Shown: in pieces, positions 44,225 to 61,153 of the stretch
Layout: each line of letters opens with the position of its first letter
How positions within the stretch are numbered: position 1 is the first letter of the stretch
NCBI GenBank assembly: GCA_964016885.1
Contig: OZ024743.1
Location: 193,750,001-193,814,000, forward strand
From: Eledone cirrhosa
Taxonomy: Eukaryota
Length of the DNA stretch: 64,000 nt
Direction of reading: 5' to 3'
Notes under the pieces: generated by a model
Database searches by the model: none
The model's input: the letters and a program-made list of their open reading frames with translations, nothing else
Told to the model about the DNA's origin: nothing
Position numbers and translations under genes: made by a program

Positions 44225-44287
44225 ATTATATTTTGTCTGATGAGGACGTACTGTTGTACATCCAAAATATGTATAATAAAATGTAAT
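44225..44287 (+). ncRNA. Hammerhead motif with G12>A (probably inactive)
   Basis: attatattttgt-CTGATGA-ggacgtac tgtt gtacatcc-aAAA-tatgta-TA-ataaaatgtaat. Confidence 0.55.
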
Positions 44288-44829
44288 TGATCAAAAGAAC
44301 ATCTATTTTATTAATACTTATATTTTAATATATATATATTTCTATCTTGGACGGGTAAAATTCCGGAGATATATATATATGTATTTGTGTATGCAAAAAT
44401 ATCTGTACATGAATATCTATATTAAAATAACACATTAAAATTTAAGCAAAGAATCGCTGCTTTCACCCTTAACGGGATCTTCTGAACCTAAAAAAAAATC
44501 AATCTGTGAACGCAGATGTAAATATTTCGAAAAACGTTGCAACCGAAGGAAAACAGGAAGACGATACTTTGGTTCGTGAAGACGTTCCCTGGCATACGAA
44601 TATATATATACACACACACATACTATATATACACACACACACACACAGTGATCGCGTCATAATGACGTAATGCAGACAGTCAGGCATACAGACAGATATT
44701 ATAAGGTCGCGACGTTATATCTATGTATCTATCTAAAAAGAGAAAGACTAAGAATTATAGAGAGAGATCGCTAAATCGCCTAAAGAAGTTGACTGAAGAG
44801 AAAATTTGAAATTTCTTTTGCTCAAAACA

Positions 44830-44939
44830 CTCACGGGACCATAAGTATTACATGTGTAAAGTTTGAAAAAACCCGGTTGGGTGGTTCTCGAGTTTTAGTG
44901 ATTGGACAGTGAGACAGATAGACATTCTTTGTTTTAGTA

Positions 44940-44945
<6 letters not shown>
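44830..44945 (-). mobile_element. Possible non-autonomous Helitron/Helentron-like end
   Basis: Minus strand tatattactaaaac...gtctatctgtc...aatcactaaaactcgagaacc...ttttttcaaacttt resembles DINE-1/HINE-type 5' blocks (recalled, not aligned). Confidence 0.35.
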
Positions 44946-45002
<57 letters not shown>

Positions 45003-45244
45003 CGTGCGCGTGCGCGCGTGCGTGTGTGCGTGTGCGCGCGCGCGAGTGTGTGTCTAGCCAATATTTATTTGCGGGGGTATTTTGTCTTACCAATCATTCA
45101 ATCTTTATATTGTAATATAAACATGAATATATTTTCATATTCATCGAGTCCTATACTGAAACGTTTTACAAAAAAAAAAAAAAAAATAAATAAAATAAAA
45201 AATAAAAAAATAATATTAAAACAAACTTAGTTATACTTGCAAAA

Positions 45245-45276
<32 letters not shown>

Positions 45277-45488
45277 GAATGCTATGGTTGACGGAGGCTC
45301 GGCTCTAAGGTATTATACATTTTGACCGCTATAACAATTGTAAATTGTTTAAAACTTTAACCAAATTGTAGACAAAAACACCCTCCTCCTCGTGAGAGGG
45401 GTCTTTCTGCCCGTTATTTGGCCCTTCGGGGTTAAATAACCGCTTATTGGGGTTTTGTGCCCAATATTTATTTTAAACAAAAAAAAAC

Positions 45489-47583
45489 ATGGCTACGGAA
45501 AAGAATTTTCATAGGTCACTCCCACTCATTCCGTCTTCTTCTTCCTCAATCGTCACTACAGCAGAGAGAAGATTATCTCTCTCCCTCCCTTCTCTTTCGC
45601 AAGCGACGCCAGAAAAGAAAAATCACGTGCAAAGCGTGCAAGATTTCTCCACGAGGACAGCGACGAAAAAGGTGTGCGGGAAATACGAAAACCCATTTCA
45701 TTCGTCTGACGTCAGGAATAATAGCAGTAGCAGCCGTAATAACAGCAGCAGCAACAACAGTGACAAGGAAACCAACAGTAGCAGCCGCAACAGCATCAGC
45801 AGCAGCATAAACAACAACAGCATTAGCAGCAACAGCAGCAGCAACAACAACCACAGCAACAGCGGCGGCGGCAGTAGTCGTAGTACCTGCAGCAACAACA
45901 AAAGTAACAGCAGCTCTGACGACAACAACAACAACAACAACAGCAGCAAAGAAAAACCAATCTCGTTTGCAGGTATCGCAAAGAACCTGGAAACGATCCT
46001 CATAACAAATGAGGAATTAGAGGAAGCGAAGAAGATGGTGACAAAAACTGGACACCGAGCAGTCTGCAAGGCAGCCGGAAATTTTTTCGAAACCCAACAG
46101 CACTGTACGGTCACGTACCGTACAGTAAGCACAAAATCCCGTAGGGTTGAAAGAGCCACAGAGGCTCAAATACAAAAAGCCTTAGGGTCTGTGTGGCAGC
46201 CGAAAACGCACATCACCCGAGGCAAGAAATATGCCACCGTAGACGTGCTTTTTGCCACACCCCAGGAGGCAAAGGCTCAATCCTTAGTGACCCTAAGGAG
46301 CGAGGGAATGGTGTTGGTACCCTCCTACTGCGGGCAAAAAATTGTGAGGGTCAAACTGACCCACGTCCCCCCCCCTTCCCGGGATGGCCCCTTCTTGGCT
46401 GGCCGCGTCTGTCCTCGTCGGAATCGAGGACAAAACAACTGTACTGCAAGTACAGAAAAAAGTAAGAGAAGATTGGGTCGGCAGCTCCATTGAGATGTTA
46501 ATCCAAACCAACCAGGAGTGCATCGAAGCTATCCCGGATGTGATAGACTTCGATAACGGCACTCAACTGCCCATAAGTGTTGAGGGAAAACGCCCGAAAT
46601 GCTTTCGCTGTGGATCGAAGACTCACCTCAGGGCTTTCTGCAATGAGAAGACCCTGAGAAAGGAGAAAACCCCCCTCCTTCCGAAACCGGCTCCACGGCT
46701 ACCCGCAACAGGACAAGCGGCAACCAGGAACGATAGGTCCGTGGCACCCATACCCACGCCACGGAAATCAAGAACAGCAGCAGCAGTGGAAGTATTAAGA
46801 ACAACAGCAATACCAAATGCAGGTGCAACAGAGACTCTACTGCAAACATCACCAACAACAACAAGTGAAAGAGTGGAGCTGGTACCCCTCCCCGACCTCA
46901 CAGAATCAGACATGGAGTGTGAGGTGGGAGAGGGAAGGCAAAAGGTCGTAAGAAGACACAAACGCAGAAGCAGCGCATCATCGCCTTCGAAAAGGGAGGA
47001 AAGAAATGAAAAAAGGGTAAAGTCTACTGCAAAGAGACTCACAGCAACAACACCACCAACACCATCACCACCCACACTAGCACCACCATCACCACCGGCG
47101 ACAACCCCACCGCCAACAACAACAACACCTTCAACACCACCACCACAAGCACCAACATCGCAAACACAACAACAAAACACACACACCCAGCAACAACGAC
47201 AAGAAAATAGCAGAACCACACCCCACCCCCAGAAAAACAAATGCACGGCAATAAATACACACAACAAGAAACTAATGACTTACATAATTGAACACACAGA
47301 CATTTCACAGCACGACTACATAATACCAGCACCAATCAAAACGCCAACGAACATAAGACTGCTAAAAATAGCACAGAAACAATACACAAACATTAAAACG
47401 AAATTCCCCAACGCAGTTGGTGATTTCAGAGACCTAGGAGGGACTCTCAACCGGAGAGTATATTCGGACATACTCATAGAACAACCGACGACCAGCCGAA
47501 GGGACGATTCAACGATCCCTTCACCAGACGATCAAGTGAAAAGGGATGGAGAAACCATCCTTCCTCTACGAAAAGTACGGTAA
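45489..47583 (+). pseudogene. LINE ORF1 (gag-like RNA-binding protein), one frameshift at a poly-C run near 46370
   Basis: Overlapping ORFs 45489..46493 and 46384..47583; CFRCGSKTHLRAFC = CX2CX4HX4C; Ser/Asn- and Pro/Thr-rich linkers. Confidence 0.85.
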
Positions 47584-47618
47584 GTGGTCTTTCCCATCTT
47601 TTCCATTCTATTTTAAAC

Positions 47619-50600
47619 ATGACTTCACTCAGAATAGGCAGCAAAAATGCGCGTGGCTTGGGGTCGTCATGGAAGCAGGGTCACCTGCTCAACCACCTCA
47701 GGTCACTAAACATAGATGTAGTGGCCATCAGCGAGAACAGAGTCTCCGAAGCACGGGCCTTCGCACCGATCTTCGGCGGCTACGATGTGTACGCATCTCC
47801 CAGCCGTCTTGGATCGGGGGGAGGAGTTGCTGTGCTTTTTTGGAGAGGTTTGGATCTCGCCATACGGGCCATCTTCCTGGACCCAGAGGGTAAGTTGGTG
47901 GTGCTGGACGTGACCAGTGGAGACGATAAAGCTTTCAGGCTAGTGGCCGTCTATGCCCCGACAGGAGCAGGGCGGCTGATTTCTTCCGGCGTCTGGAGAC
48001 CTTTCTTGGAACGTCCCGCTCTTTAGTGTTAGTGGGCGACTGGAACGGGATCTTAGATGCACGCTGGGACTGTGTGGAATTAGCGGATAGGGGTGGAGGG
48101 TGCAAGAGCCTCACCAACCTGCTCAGGCGTTTTGAGCTGTCTGACAGGTACCGATTGGATTTCCCGAATGTGCCAATGTGGGCTTGGACAAATCGCATAG
48201 GGTCATCCAGATCATATCTAGATAGAGTATTTTGTAGGGAAATAGATAGGTCTAGCATAGGCTGTCCACAATTCAAGATAGTCAGCTACACGGACCACAA
48301 ATTCGTGATCTGTGTGCTTGACTTAGATAGGCTTCATAGACGAGGACCCGGCTACTGGAAGCTAAACGCGTCCTTACCAGCGCGCAAGGCCTACAGAGAC
48401 CGGATTAGCGAACTAGTTAAGCGGGCGTTGACGGGGGCCATCGTCAACAACAAGTGGTGGTTTGCTCTGAAAAGAGCGATTAGAATAGAATCCATTAGGT
48501 TTAGTAAGGCTTTAGCAATAGAGAAAAATAGAGCAGAGGGAGAACTAGTTAGAAAATTAGACGAGGCGCTTAGCATAGGCATCGCGACCGACGTGCTTGC
48601 GGGGAAATTTGCCCTTGACCATTTCTTCAATGCAAAGCACGAAGGCTGCGTTGTCAGAGCTAGGGGACGAAAGCCGTTCAATGGGCCCGAGTGGCGGAGG
48701 CGCGTCGTGGCAAAAAAGCCACGATCCGGTCTTTGGTGGACCACGACGGGCGCATGCTACTCGATCCCGGGTAAATGTGTGAAGCTTTTCAGCGACACTT
48801 CGCTCAGCCGTTCAGGGCAGCGGTGGGCCGGGTCGAGGGATGGACTTTAGTGTCTACCTCGACGGACTGCCGCGGCTCTCGGCCACTGAGGCGGAGTGTT
48901 GCGAAAAGCCGATAACAGCCGCTGAAGTACGGGAGGCAATGACTGGCTGCACAAGGGGTAAATCGCCTGGTTTGGATGGTCTGCCCTATGAACTTTACGT
49001 ACAGATGCCAGACTTGTTCGGAGGCCTCTTGGCGAACGTCTACTGCAACTGGCAACAGAACGGGGGAATTCTCAGCTGTGAGCCGAGGAGCGGTGGCACT
49101 GCTGAGAAAGGATCCGAACAAGGGAGATAACATAGATAATTTCAGGCCCATAACTCTGCTAAACACAGAGTTCAAGATTTTGGCCAAGGTGCTAGCAAAG
49201 AGGTTGGCGCTTGTCGTTGGTGGTCTGGTGGGAGAGGCGCAGACATGCGCCATTCCCGACAGATCCATCCACGACAACCTCCACCTCATGCGATACATGG
49301 TAGAGAGGGTAGCTAGGGAACCTGGCACGGGTGGGTCCTTGATCAATTTAGATCAGTCGAAAGCTTTCGATAGGGTCGACCTAGCGGCAGTCCTGAGGGC
49401 GGCTGGCTTTGGGCCTGTCTTCAGAGGCTGGATCGCTGCCATGCACAGCGACATCTGCTCTGTGGTGAAAGTGAACGGTCACCTTTCGGAACCGTTCAAC
49501 ATCATGCGCTCGGTCCGCCAAGGATGTCCCCTCTCGTCCCTCTTGTACGTATTGACTCTCGAGCCATTACTGCACAAACTGGTGACGTTGAGGGGCGTCC
49601 CGCGCGAACGAGGATGCGGAAGATCCGTGTCAACATATGCGGACGATGTCACCGTAGTGGTGTCGAACGACAAACACATCGAGGCGATCGGCACTACACT
49701 AAGAGAATATGAAGCGGTGACAGGAGCAATGATCAACCAGGAAAAGTCAGTGGGCCTGCAGCTCGGCACCTGGAGAGGGAGATCCATGCCGTCCAACAGC
49801 GTCGTTGAACGCTGGACGGACGGACCAGTTAAATTGCTAGGGGTCTGGTTCGGTCCGGACCTCCAGACGGACAACAACTGGGACGAGGTGACGAGCAGGG
49901 TGGCTTCTCTCACCCAGAAATGGGCGGAGAGGAAGCTATCCCTGAAAGGTCGAGCGCAGGTGGCTAACGCGTACATCGCGTCTGTCATCTGCTACCGCCT
50001 GACCGTCGTACCTTGTCCTAATCCCCGCCTGACTGCGCTAGAGCGTTTGCTCTTTCGCTTTTTGTGGAAGGGACACGCTCCGATGGTCAAGCGGTCCATC
50101 TGCTGTCAACACCCGCTACGTGGAGGGCTGGGCATGCCGTGGCTGATGATGCGCAGACACGCGCTCAGGCTACGACATCTCCACCTCTTCCTCGACGGTG
50201 ATCAGGTGTGGTCGCCGTTTGCTAGACACGTATTTCCCCAGCTCGTTTCCTTGACGGAGCTGCAGTACTGGGTCAAGCGAAGACCGAGAGGGAGCGCCTG
50301 GAGACTGGAATGTCTTCAGGCGCTCACAGCCCTCGACCAATCGGGCAATGTGATCGGTGGAAACTCCACCTCGGCGTTCTATAGAGGATTTGTGGAGGGG
50401 AAGAGCGACGACGTACTTGGGGAAACTCTAGGTAGACGTCGACGAAAATCAACTAGCCAATCTCTTCGGAAGAACTTTCGGGCCGGGACCTATGGACAAC
50501 TTCCAGAAGTCTCTGGCCTGGCAGTGCTACCGAGGAGCCTTGCCAGTTCGGGATAAACTATACAGGCATGGAGGTGCCGTCAGCCGGGCATGTCCGAGAT

Positions 50601-51007
50601 GCGCGCAGGGCGACGAACCCGTCCTGCACGCATTCGTCCAGTGTCCGAAAATTGCTGACTTGTGGGTTTATGTCGAACACCTGCTGTCGCGTGTAGGACG
50701 GATCTGGCTATCATCTGAGTCCATCGTGAGGATTGCCCCGCCCTCTTCCTTTAGCCGGGAAGGGCAGGCAGTTTTTATCTGTCTGGTGGCCATGGCGAAA
50801 GAGATAGTATGGTGGACACGTTTGAAAGGGCTGAAGACGAGCACTTACCTCTTCGGTGATGCCCTGATTGACTTTTTCAAATTTCATTTGAAAAGGAAAA
50901 TCAGAGTAGAGAGGGAAGTGCTCTCTTCCCAGCATTTTGTTGAAAGATGGGTGAGAGAAGCAAGAATGGCCCAAGTGAATGGGCCTACTCTGAGTACGTA
51001 TATGTAA
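47619..51007 (+). pseudogene. LINE ORF2 (AP endonuclease, reverse transcriptase, C-terminal zinc-binding domain) with ~5 frameshifts and a stop
   Basis: NARGL, VAVYAP, GDWN, SYLDR, TDHK, YWKLN (APE); KSPGLDGLP, FRPITLLN, LDQSKAFDRVD, VRQGCPLS, YADD (RT); GGLG; CPRC...HAFVQC. Confidence 0.95.
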
Positions 51008-51257
51008 ATTAAAGGTGGAAAACTGGGAGAGGGCACTTGCCTTGGTAGTCAGGGTCACTGTGGCCTTTTACTGGGCTTTCTCCACAAATGTCCCTCCGAA
51101 GTTTCCCCTATTGGGGAATTTTTCATTGTTATTTTTTTGTTACATCCTCTGTTGTTTTTGTTTTTTACACGCAGAAATGCCCATTAGTACCGTCCTGTAT
51201 TGTCCTGCACTGTCTTTAATGTCTACTTTATGTAAACCCTTGTGGTTAATAAAGAAA

Positions 51258-51291
<34 letters not shown>

Positions 51292-51616
51292 GTGTAGACG
51301 TGTATGTCTATGTGTGTTATGTACTTATATAGACATGTAAATATATTTACAGACAGAGAGAAATGATCGGTTGTTTCACGCCATCAGCTTTTAGTTACTT
51401 TAGATTCTAATGGTGGCGTTTTTCTTTTTAAATTTCGAGACAGTATGTAGTCAGAGAAAGGTTAGCAAGGATCTGTCTATCAGATAGTTATCTGTGAATG
51501 GAGCTGAGTTCTATAGAGATGTATCTCATCTATTTAATCAATACAAAACTGGACGACGAGCCAACAAGATGGCCGCGACATAATCGCTGAACCCACTAGA
51601 AATAGCACCTATACCC

Positions 51617-51739
51617 CAGTGCCGGATTTAGGCTTAAATGAGGCCGTGTTAGTTAAGTTATGAGGCCCATTACTTGGCCCTGAAGAATCTAAACAGTTCT
51701 TTTGGCAGGAAGATAAGCACAGTGGTAAATCCGACACTG
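51617..51739. mobile_element. Small hAT (Tip100-like) MITE
   Basis: TIR cagtgccggattta / taaatccgacactg; flanks cctatacc(c) / cctatatc. Confidence 0.7.
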
Positions 51740-52026
51740 CCTATATCGCACTCATATCAAAAGGAAAGGACACACTGGATAATGTAGTCTTAAATAGCCA
51801 TGAAAAGATGTGATGTTTACAGCTGTAATGTCTTTGATCATGTCTGCTCTGCGAAGCCTGACTTGGAGATAATCAACAACAAATTTGAACAAAGCACCAA
51901 TCGTAACTGCACCAGTAGTTCTTGGAAAGAGAAACAAAAAATTCATGCACACACGATACTATGTATGTAAGACCTCCGTCGGTTCTAGCGGTAAATGTTC
52001 TAGTTGTTCGAACAAACATTTGAATA

Positions 52027-52100
<74 letters not shown>

Positions 52101-52102
<2 letters not shown>

Positions 52103-52297
52103 AGGAAGGAAGTGTGGTAAGGAACCAGATGGACCATAACGCACCAGAGTACTCAATACTTAGGGTAGTAGAGTGGGTAATAGGAAGATGTTCAATACCC
52201 AGACAGCAGAGCTCAAGCCGTTTCGACGGCTATTTCTGGACTCCAGAAATAGCCGTCGAAACGGCTTAAGCTCTGCCGTCGGGTTCTTGAACATCTT

Positions 52298-52302
<5 letters not shown>
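52101..52302 (+). mobile_element. Short AT-embedded repeat with a 123-bp terminal palindrome (52180-52302)
   Basis: Homologous to 22701-22840; arms centred on C52241. Confidence 0.75.
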
Positions 52303-52339
<37 letters not shown>

Positions 52340-52427
52340 GAAAAATTGAACAGGGACAGAACAGAGAGGCAGTACAATAAATGTTTATTAAATTCACGCT
52401 CAGGAGAGTGGGGGGTTGGTGGGGGAC

Positions 52428-52455
52428 GACGTTTCGGGCATAAGCCCTTCTTCAG
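52428..52455 (-). ncRNA. Penelope-type minimal hammerhead core
   Basis: Minus strand CTGAAGA-a-gggc ttat gccc-GAAA-cgTC; stem I not evident; aataaa downstream. Confidence 0.55.
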
Positions 52456-52769
52456 GTGAGAAGTGTGTGGGAACAGAGTTCAAAATGTGTGTAGGGGAGT
52501 GGTGGAGAGACATATAGCGAAAGGAAACGGTGCGAATGAAAAATTAACAAATAAAGACAAAAAATATAATAAATAAAAATAAAGCATGATCAAAATACAA
52601 GGAATGAGAAAATTTAAAAATAAAGGCATGATCAAAATAAACTGAAATTAAAAGGGGGTTAAACAGGTGGTGGAAGGGTGTGGGGTGAGTAGGGGTGGTG
52701 GCGGGTGGAGTGGGGAGAGGGAGACGGGGTGTCCGAGCGGGGAGGGCTGAAGGTGGTGTGTGTGGTTAG

Positions 52770-52806
<37 letters not shown>

Positions 52807-53054
52807 AAAGTGAGGGTTGGGGGAAGGACGGGGGTTGCATGTTCAGGAAGGTGTGTGTGGGGGGTGTTTTTGTGGCTCGGAGTGTCTGTGCGTGTGTGGA
52901 TAGGGGGGGTGGGTGGAGAGGTATCAGGAGGCTGAGGGTGTAAATATGTGGTGGGAAGCACGTGTGTGTGTGGTTTAAGCGTGTTGTGGGTGTGGGTGGC
53001 GTGTGGATAAAAAATTTTTTGGGGGGGCTGTGTGTGTGGGTGAGTTATATAGGT

Positions 53055-53100
<46 letters not shown>

Positions 53101-53105
<5 letters not shown>

Positions 53106-53580
53106 TATGTACACGTACATACATATATGTATACAGACGTACAGTAGTATGCATATATATACATACATGCACACACATATATATATGTACGTATGGATTC
53201 ACCGAACATTTATTATAATGCTCGGTGTGTTTGTAAACAAACATCCCGTATTAAGCCGTAGTGTCTAGCAACCACCGTTGCTCGTTTGTTCAACACTGAC
53301 AAAGAAACGCTGTACTAGTTTCAAGCTTATTAGCTATCGTCAGCAACGTATACCTTCCTGCCAGATTGCTGAACGTCTGAAAGTATAAACTTTCCTTATG
53401 CATATCAACGGCTGAGTAGTCTAATTTGCATATCGAGTGGGTTAATCGGCCGGGTGCGCCGAAAACGATAAACGGAAAAAATGAAACGAAATTTCATTTC
53501 CCACTCTTAGTACGGCTGTTACTTAAATATAAGTATGTACACGTACATACATATATGTATACAGACGTACAGTAGTATGT
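53101..53580. repeat. ~50-bp direct repeat pair (53101-53150 and 53529-53580)
   Basis: ataagtatgtacacgtacatacatatatgtatacagacgtacagtagtatg occurs twice. Confidence 0.9.
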
Positions 53581-54199
53581 ATATATATATATATACATTT
53601 CTTTAAAGAAATGTTTTCTGTTCCTCCCTCTTATCACTCTATCTTTCTATTTTCTATGTTCTGGCAAAGGACTAGTGTCCAAAACGTAAAGACTCTTTCT
53701 ATATCAACCGTTAAACTAATACATTTCTTCATTGTACTGTGTTATTTGCTTCGTTGTTTCCGTTTACTTTTCGCACACGCACACACACATGAATAAATGG
53801 GTGGTGCGTATGCGCACACGACAATGACAAACAAAAATCGAACAGTCCCTTCTCTTCAGTCAACTTCTAGAAATCCCCATAGTTTCGGTTTAAAGTTAAT
53901 ACTATTCATTCAAGTGCACATGGGACGCAACAAAACAAGGAGACACTGGACAAATTATTGTCTTTCGGCGTATTAAACAGAAAACAACAACAACAACAAC
54001 AAACAAAACAACCCAATGTGCTTCAACTGAAAAGGAAGAGATGAGAAAGGAGGGTACATATGTGTGTATATATGTATCTGTGTAAAAGCACACGCTATTG
54101 TCTGTCTATATAATACGACAGAGATATTTCAAGAAACTAATTCACTCAGCAGTTTCTTTTCATGTTACGCGTATTTTCTAGAACATGCATATGTGTGAG

Positions 54200-54392
54200 T
54201 GTTTATATGAGAACATACGCACTCACGCACATACACACACTGGTTGTGTATATGAGAACATACAGATACGCACGCACGCAAACACACAGTGGATGTGTAT
54301 ATGAGAACATACACATACGCACGCACATACACACACTGGATCTGTATATGAGAACATACAGATACGCACGCACGCAAACACACAGTGGATGT
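54200..54392. repeat. ~48-bp minisatellite x4
   Basis: tatatgagaacatac...cgcac...cacac(a/t)g(t)gg repeated. Confidence 0.8.
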
Positions 54393-55073
54393 TATGAAAC
54401 AGCCAATATCTAATCTTTCCCGATACATGTATGTATTATCTAATACCAATAAAGGAAATCGAATGTTAATGACGAGTCGTATGTGCAGTGCATATGTGCT
54501 AGCCATTGTTTATGTACAGCTTTTGCAACCATTGCAAAAAATAAATGAAAATATGAAAAAAAAAATAAATAAAATTAAGACAGACAACAGACAACCGTCA
54601 TCTAAGATATTTCTCATTTCTTCTCTAGTAAACTACTTTGCCCGAAATATTAGAATACACCTATATTCGCAGAACACCAACACATCTTGTTCAATTTTGT
54701 GAACTTTTATTAATAACAGCGAGTGAGCCGACAAGGGAGTTATTCTGCATGTAATCGCCTGACCTGTTAGAAATAGCAGCCAAATTTGTTTCATTCGACT
54801 CACATGCTGTTGTCTTGAAAATAATAGAAATTATGTTGAACACCCCCCCCCCCTCTCAGATATACCGGCCCATTAGGCTGATCTGGTGGTTAAACAAATC
54901 CCAAAAGCTTAGAATAGTTAAATGTGTGTGGGTGCGCACGTATTTAAGTACGCATATATGCATCTATGTTGTGAAGGCACGTGATTTTGTGGTGAGGGCG
55001 CTGGGCTCACATTCGTGCGTTGCCTCTGTGCGCAAGACATTTTATTTCCCGTTTTCCAATCTCTCTCACACAC

Positions 55074-57285
<2,212 letters not shown>

Positions 57286-57619
57286 GGTGGCTGCCAACTC
57301 GTTTTCGAGTACGGCCACTACTTTATATCCATGTAGGAGAACCCCTACCGATGCGCTGAACGAGTGTGACTTTTAGTCCAGCCAGCGACTTGAAAACTCT
57401 GGTACAAACACTACACTTGTGACAATTATTGACACATAGTTCTGGGCCCATGGTACCATGTAACGACAAGTGCAGAGAGATCTCCAGATATAAAGCAATG
57501 CCTGTGCCGTGAAGCTTTTATAGTGAGCAAAGGCACTGCACAAAGCCAGTCCCACTCTCTTAACCAAGATGATATTTACCAAAAAGAAGAACAAGTCAAC
57601 ATCATTGGATACCATCAGG

Positions 57620-57892
57620 GTTGCAGGTGTTATATCAGAGTTTTCCTTCTCCTAGAATTCTGCCTTGACAAAGGCTAAGGGGTCATCTCTCCCGGTGATT
57701 TTGGATGGCCATTGACTCTTAAGAGCTCCTTTGCCCTTTGACAGGTTTTGTTTTTAGTCCTGCAGGATGTCAAAGCCACCCGCCTCACCAAGAAACCTTG
57801 GTTGGGTTGCCAGTTTAGTCGCCAACGACCCGACCATGAGACAGGTTGTACTGGGATACATGTTACCAGTAGCACCAATTGGTGACCTGACA
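57620..57892 (-). mobile_element. RTE-type 5' UTR fragment
   Basis: Minus strand ctaggagaaggaaaactctga matches the motif I recall from BovB/RTE 5' UTRs. Confidence 0.5.
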
Positions 57893-59334
<1,442 letters not shown>

Positions 59335-59534
59335 NNNNNNNNNNNNNNNNNNNNNNNNNNNNNNNNNNNNNNNNNNNNNNNNNNNNNNNNNNNNNNNNNN
59401 NNNNNNNNNNNNNNNNNNNNNNNNNNNNNNNNNNNNNNNNNNNNNNNNNNNNNNNNNNNNNNNNNNNNNNNNNNNNNNNNNNNNNNNNNNNNNNNNNNNN
59501 NNNNNNNNNNNNNNNNNNNNNNNNNNNNNNNNNN
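59335..59534. other. Assembly gap (200 N)
   Basis: Run of N. Confidence 1.
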
Positions 59535-59831
59535 CTGTTGCTTTCCTCTGTTTTTCTTATTTCATTTCTTCCATTTTTCTTTCTTTCCTCCTGGCTTTAT
59601 TTATCTCTTTCTTTCTTTTTTCTCCATGCATCTTTCTCTCTCCGATACTTCTCCACGTTTTTTCTTTCTCTCTCTTCGTCTTTTTCTTTATCTCCGTCTT
59701 TTTCTAATTGTCCTTAACACTGTAACTTATTAAAATAATATAAACAACTCACTATCCGGATGGCTTCCAAAAATAATAGTTGCATTTTAATAGGGTACGT
59801 CAAAGCTTATTTGTAAAACTGTTATACATTG

Positions 59832-59896
59832 TATTTTGTCTGATGAAGGCATACCATAATTTAATTTGGTATCCCTGAAATATGTATAATGAAATA
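59832..59896 (+). ncRNA. Type I hammerhead ribozyme motif (family of 43994-44054)
   Basis: tattttgt-CTGATGA-aggcatacca..tggtatccct-GAAA-tatgta-TA-atgaaata; shares downstream ggttttataaatatagtttccatttatt. Confidence 0.7.
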
Positions 59897-59935
59897 AATA
59901 TGGTTTTATAAATATAGTTTCCATTTATTAATATC

Positions 59936-61153
<1,218 letters not shown>

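Larger units (their letters stand above)
45277..51259 (+). mobile_element. Full-length L1-superfamily (Tx1-clade) LINE, disabled, flanked by (ATT)n
   Basis: 5' UTR, ORF1 with zinc knuckle, ORF2 APE-RT-zinc finger, 3' UTR with aataaa at 51248; (ATT)n at 45248-45276 and 51260-51291. Confidence 0.92.

Noticed and set aside
45573-51058. Antisense ORFs within the Tx1-like LINE
   Set aside because: Shadows of the GC-richer coding strand and low-complexity tracts; no motifs.
53661-53690. Functional ribozyme at ctggcaa-aggac tagt gtcc-aaaacgta
   Set aside because: Three core substitutions; at most a dead Penelope-type remnant.
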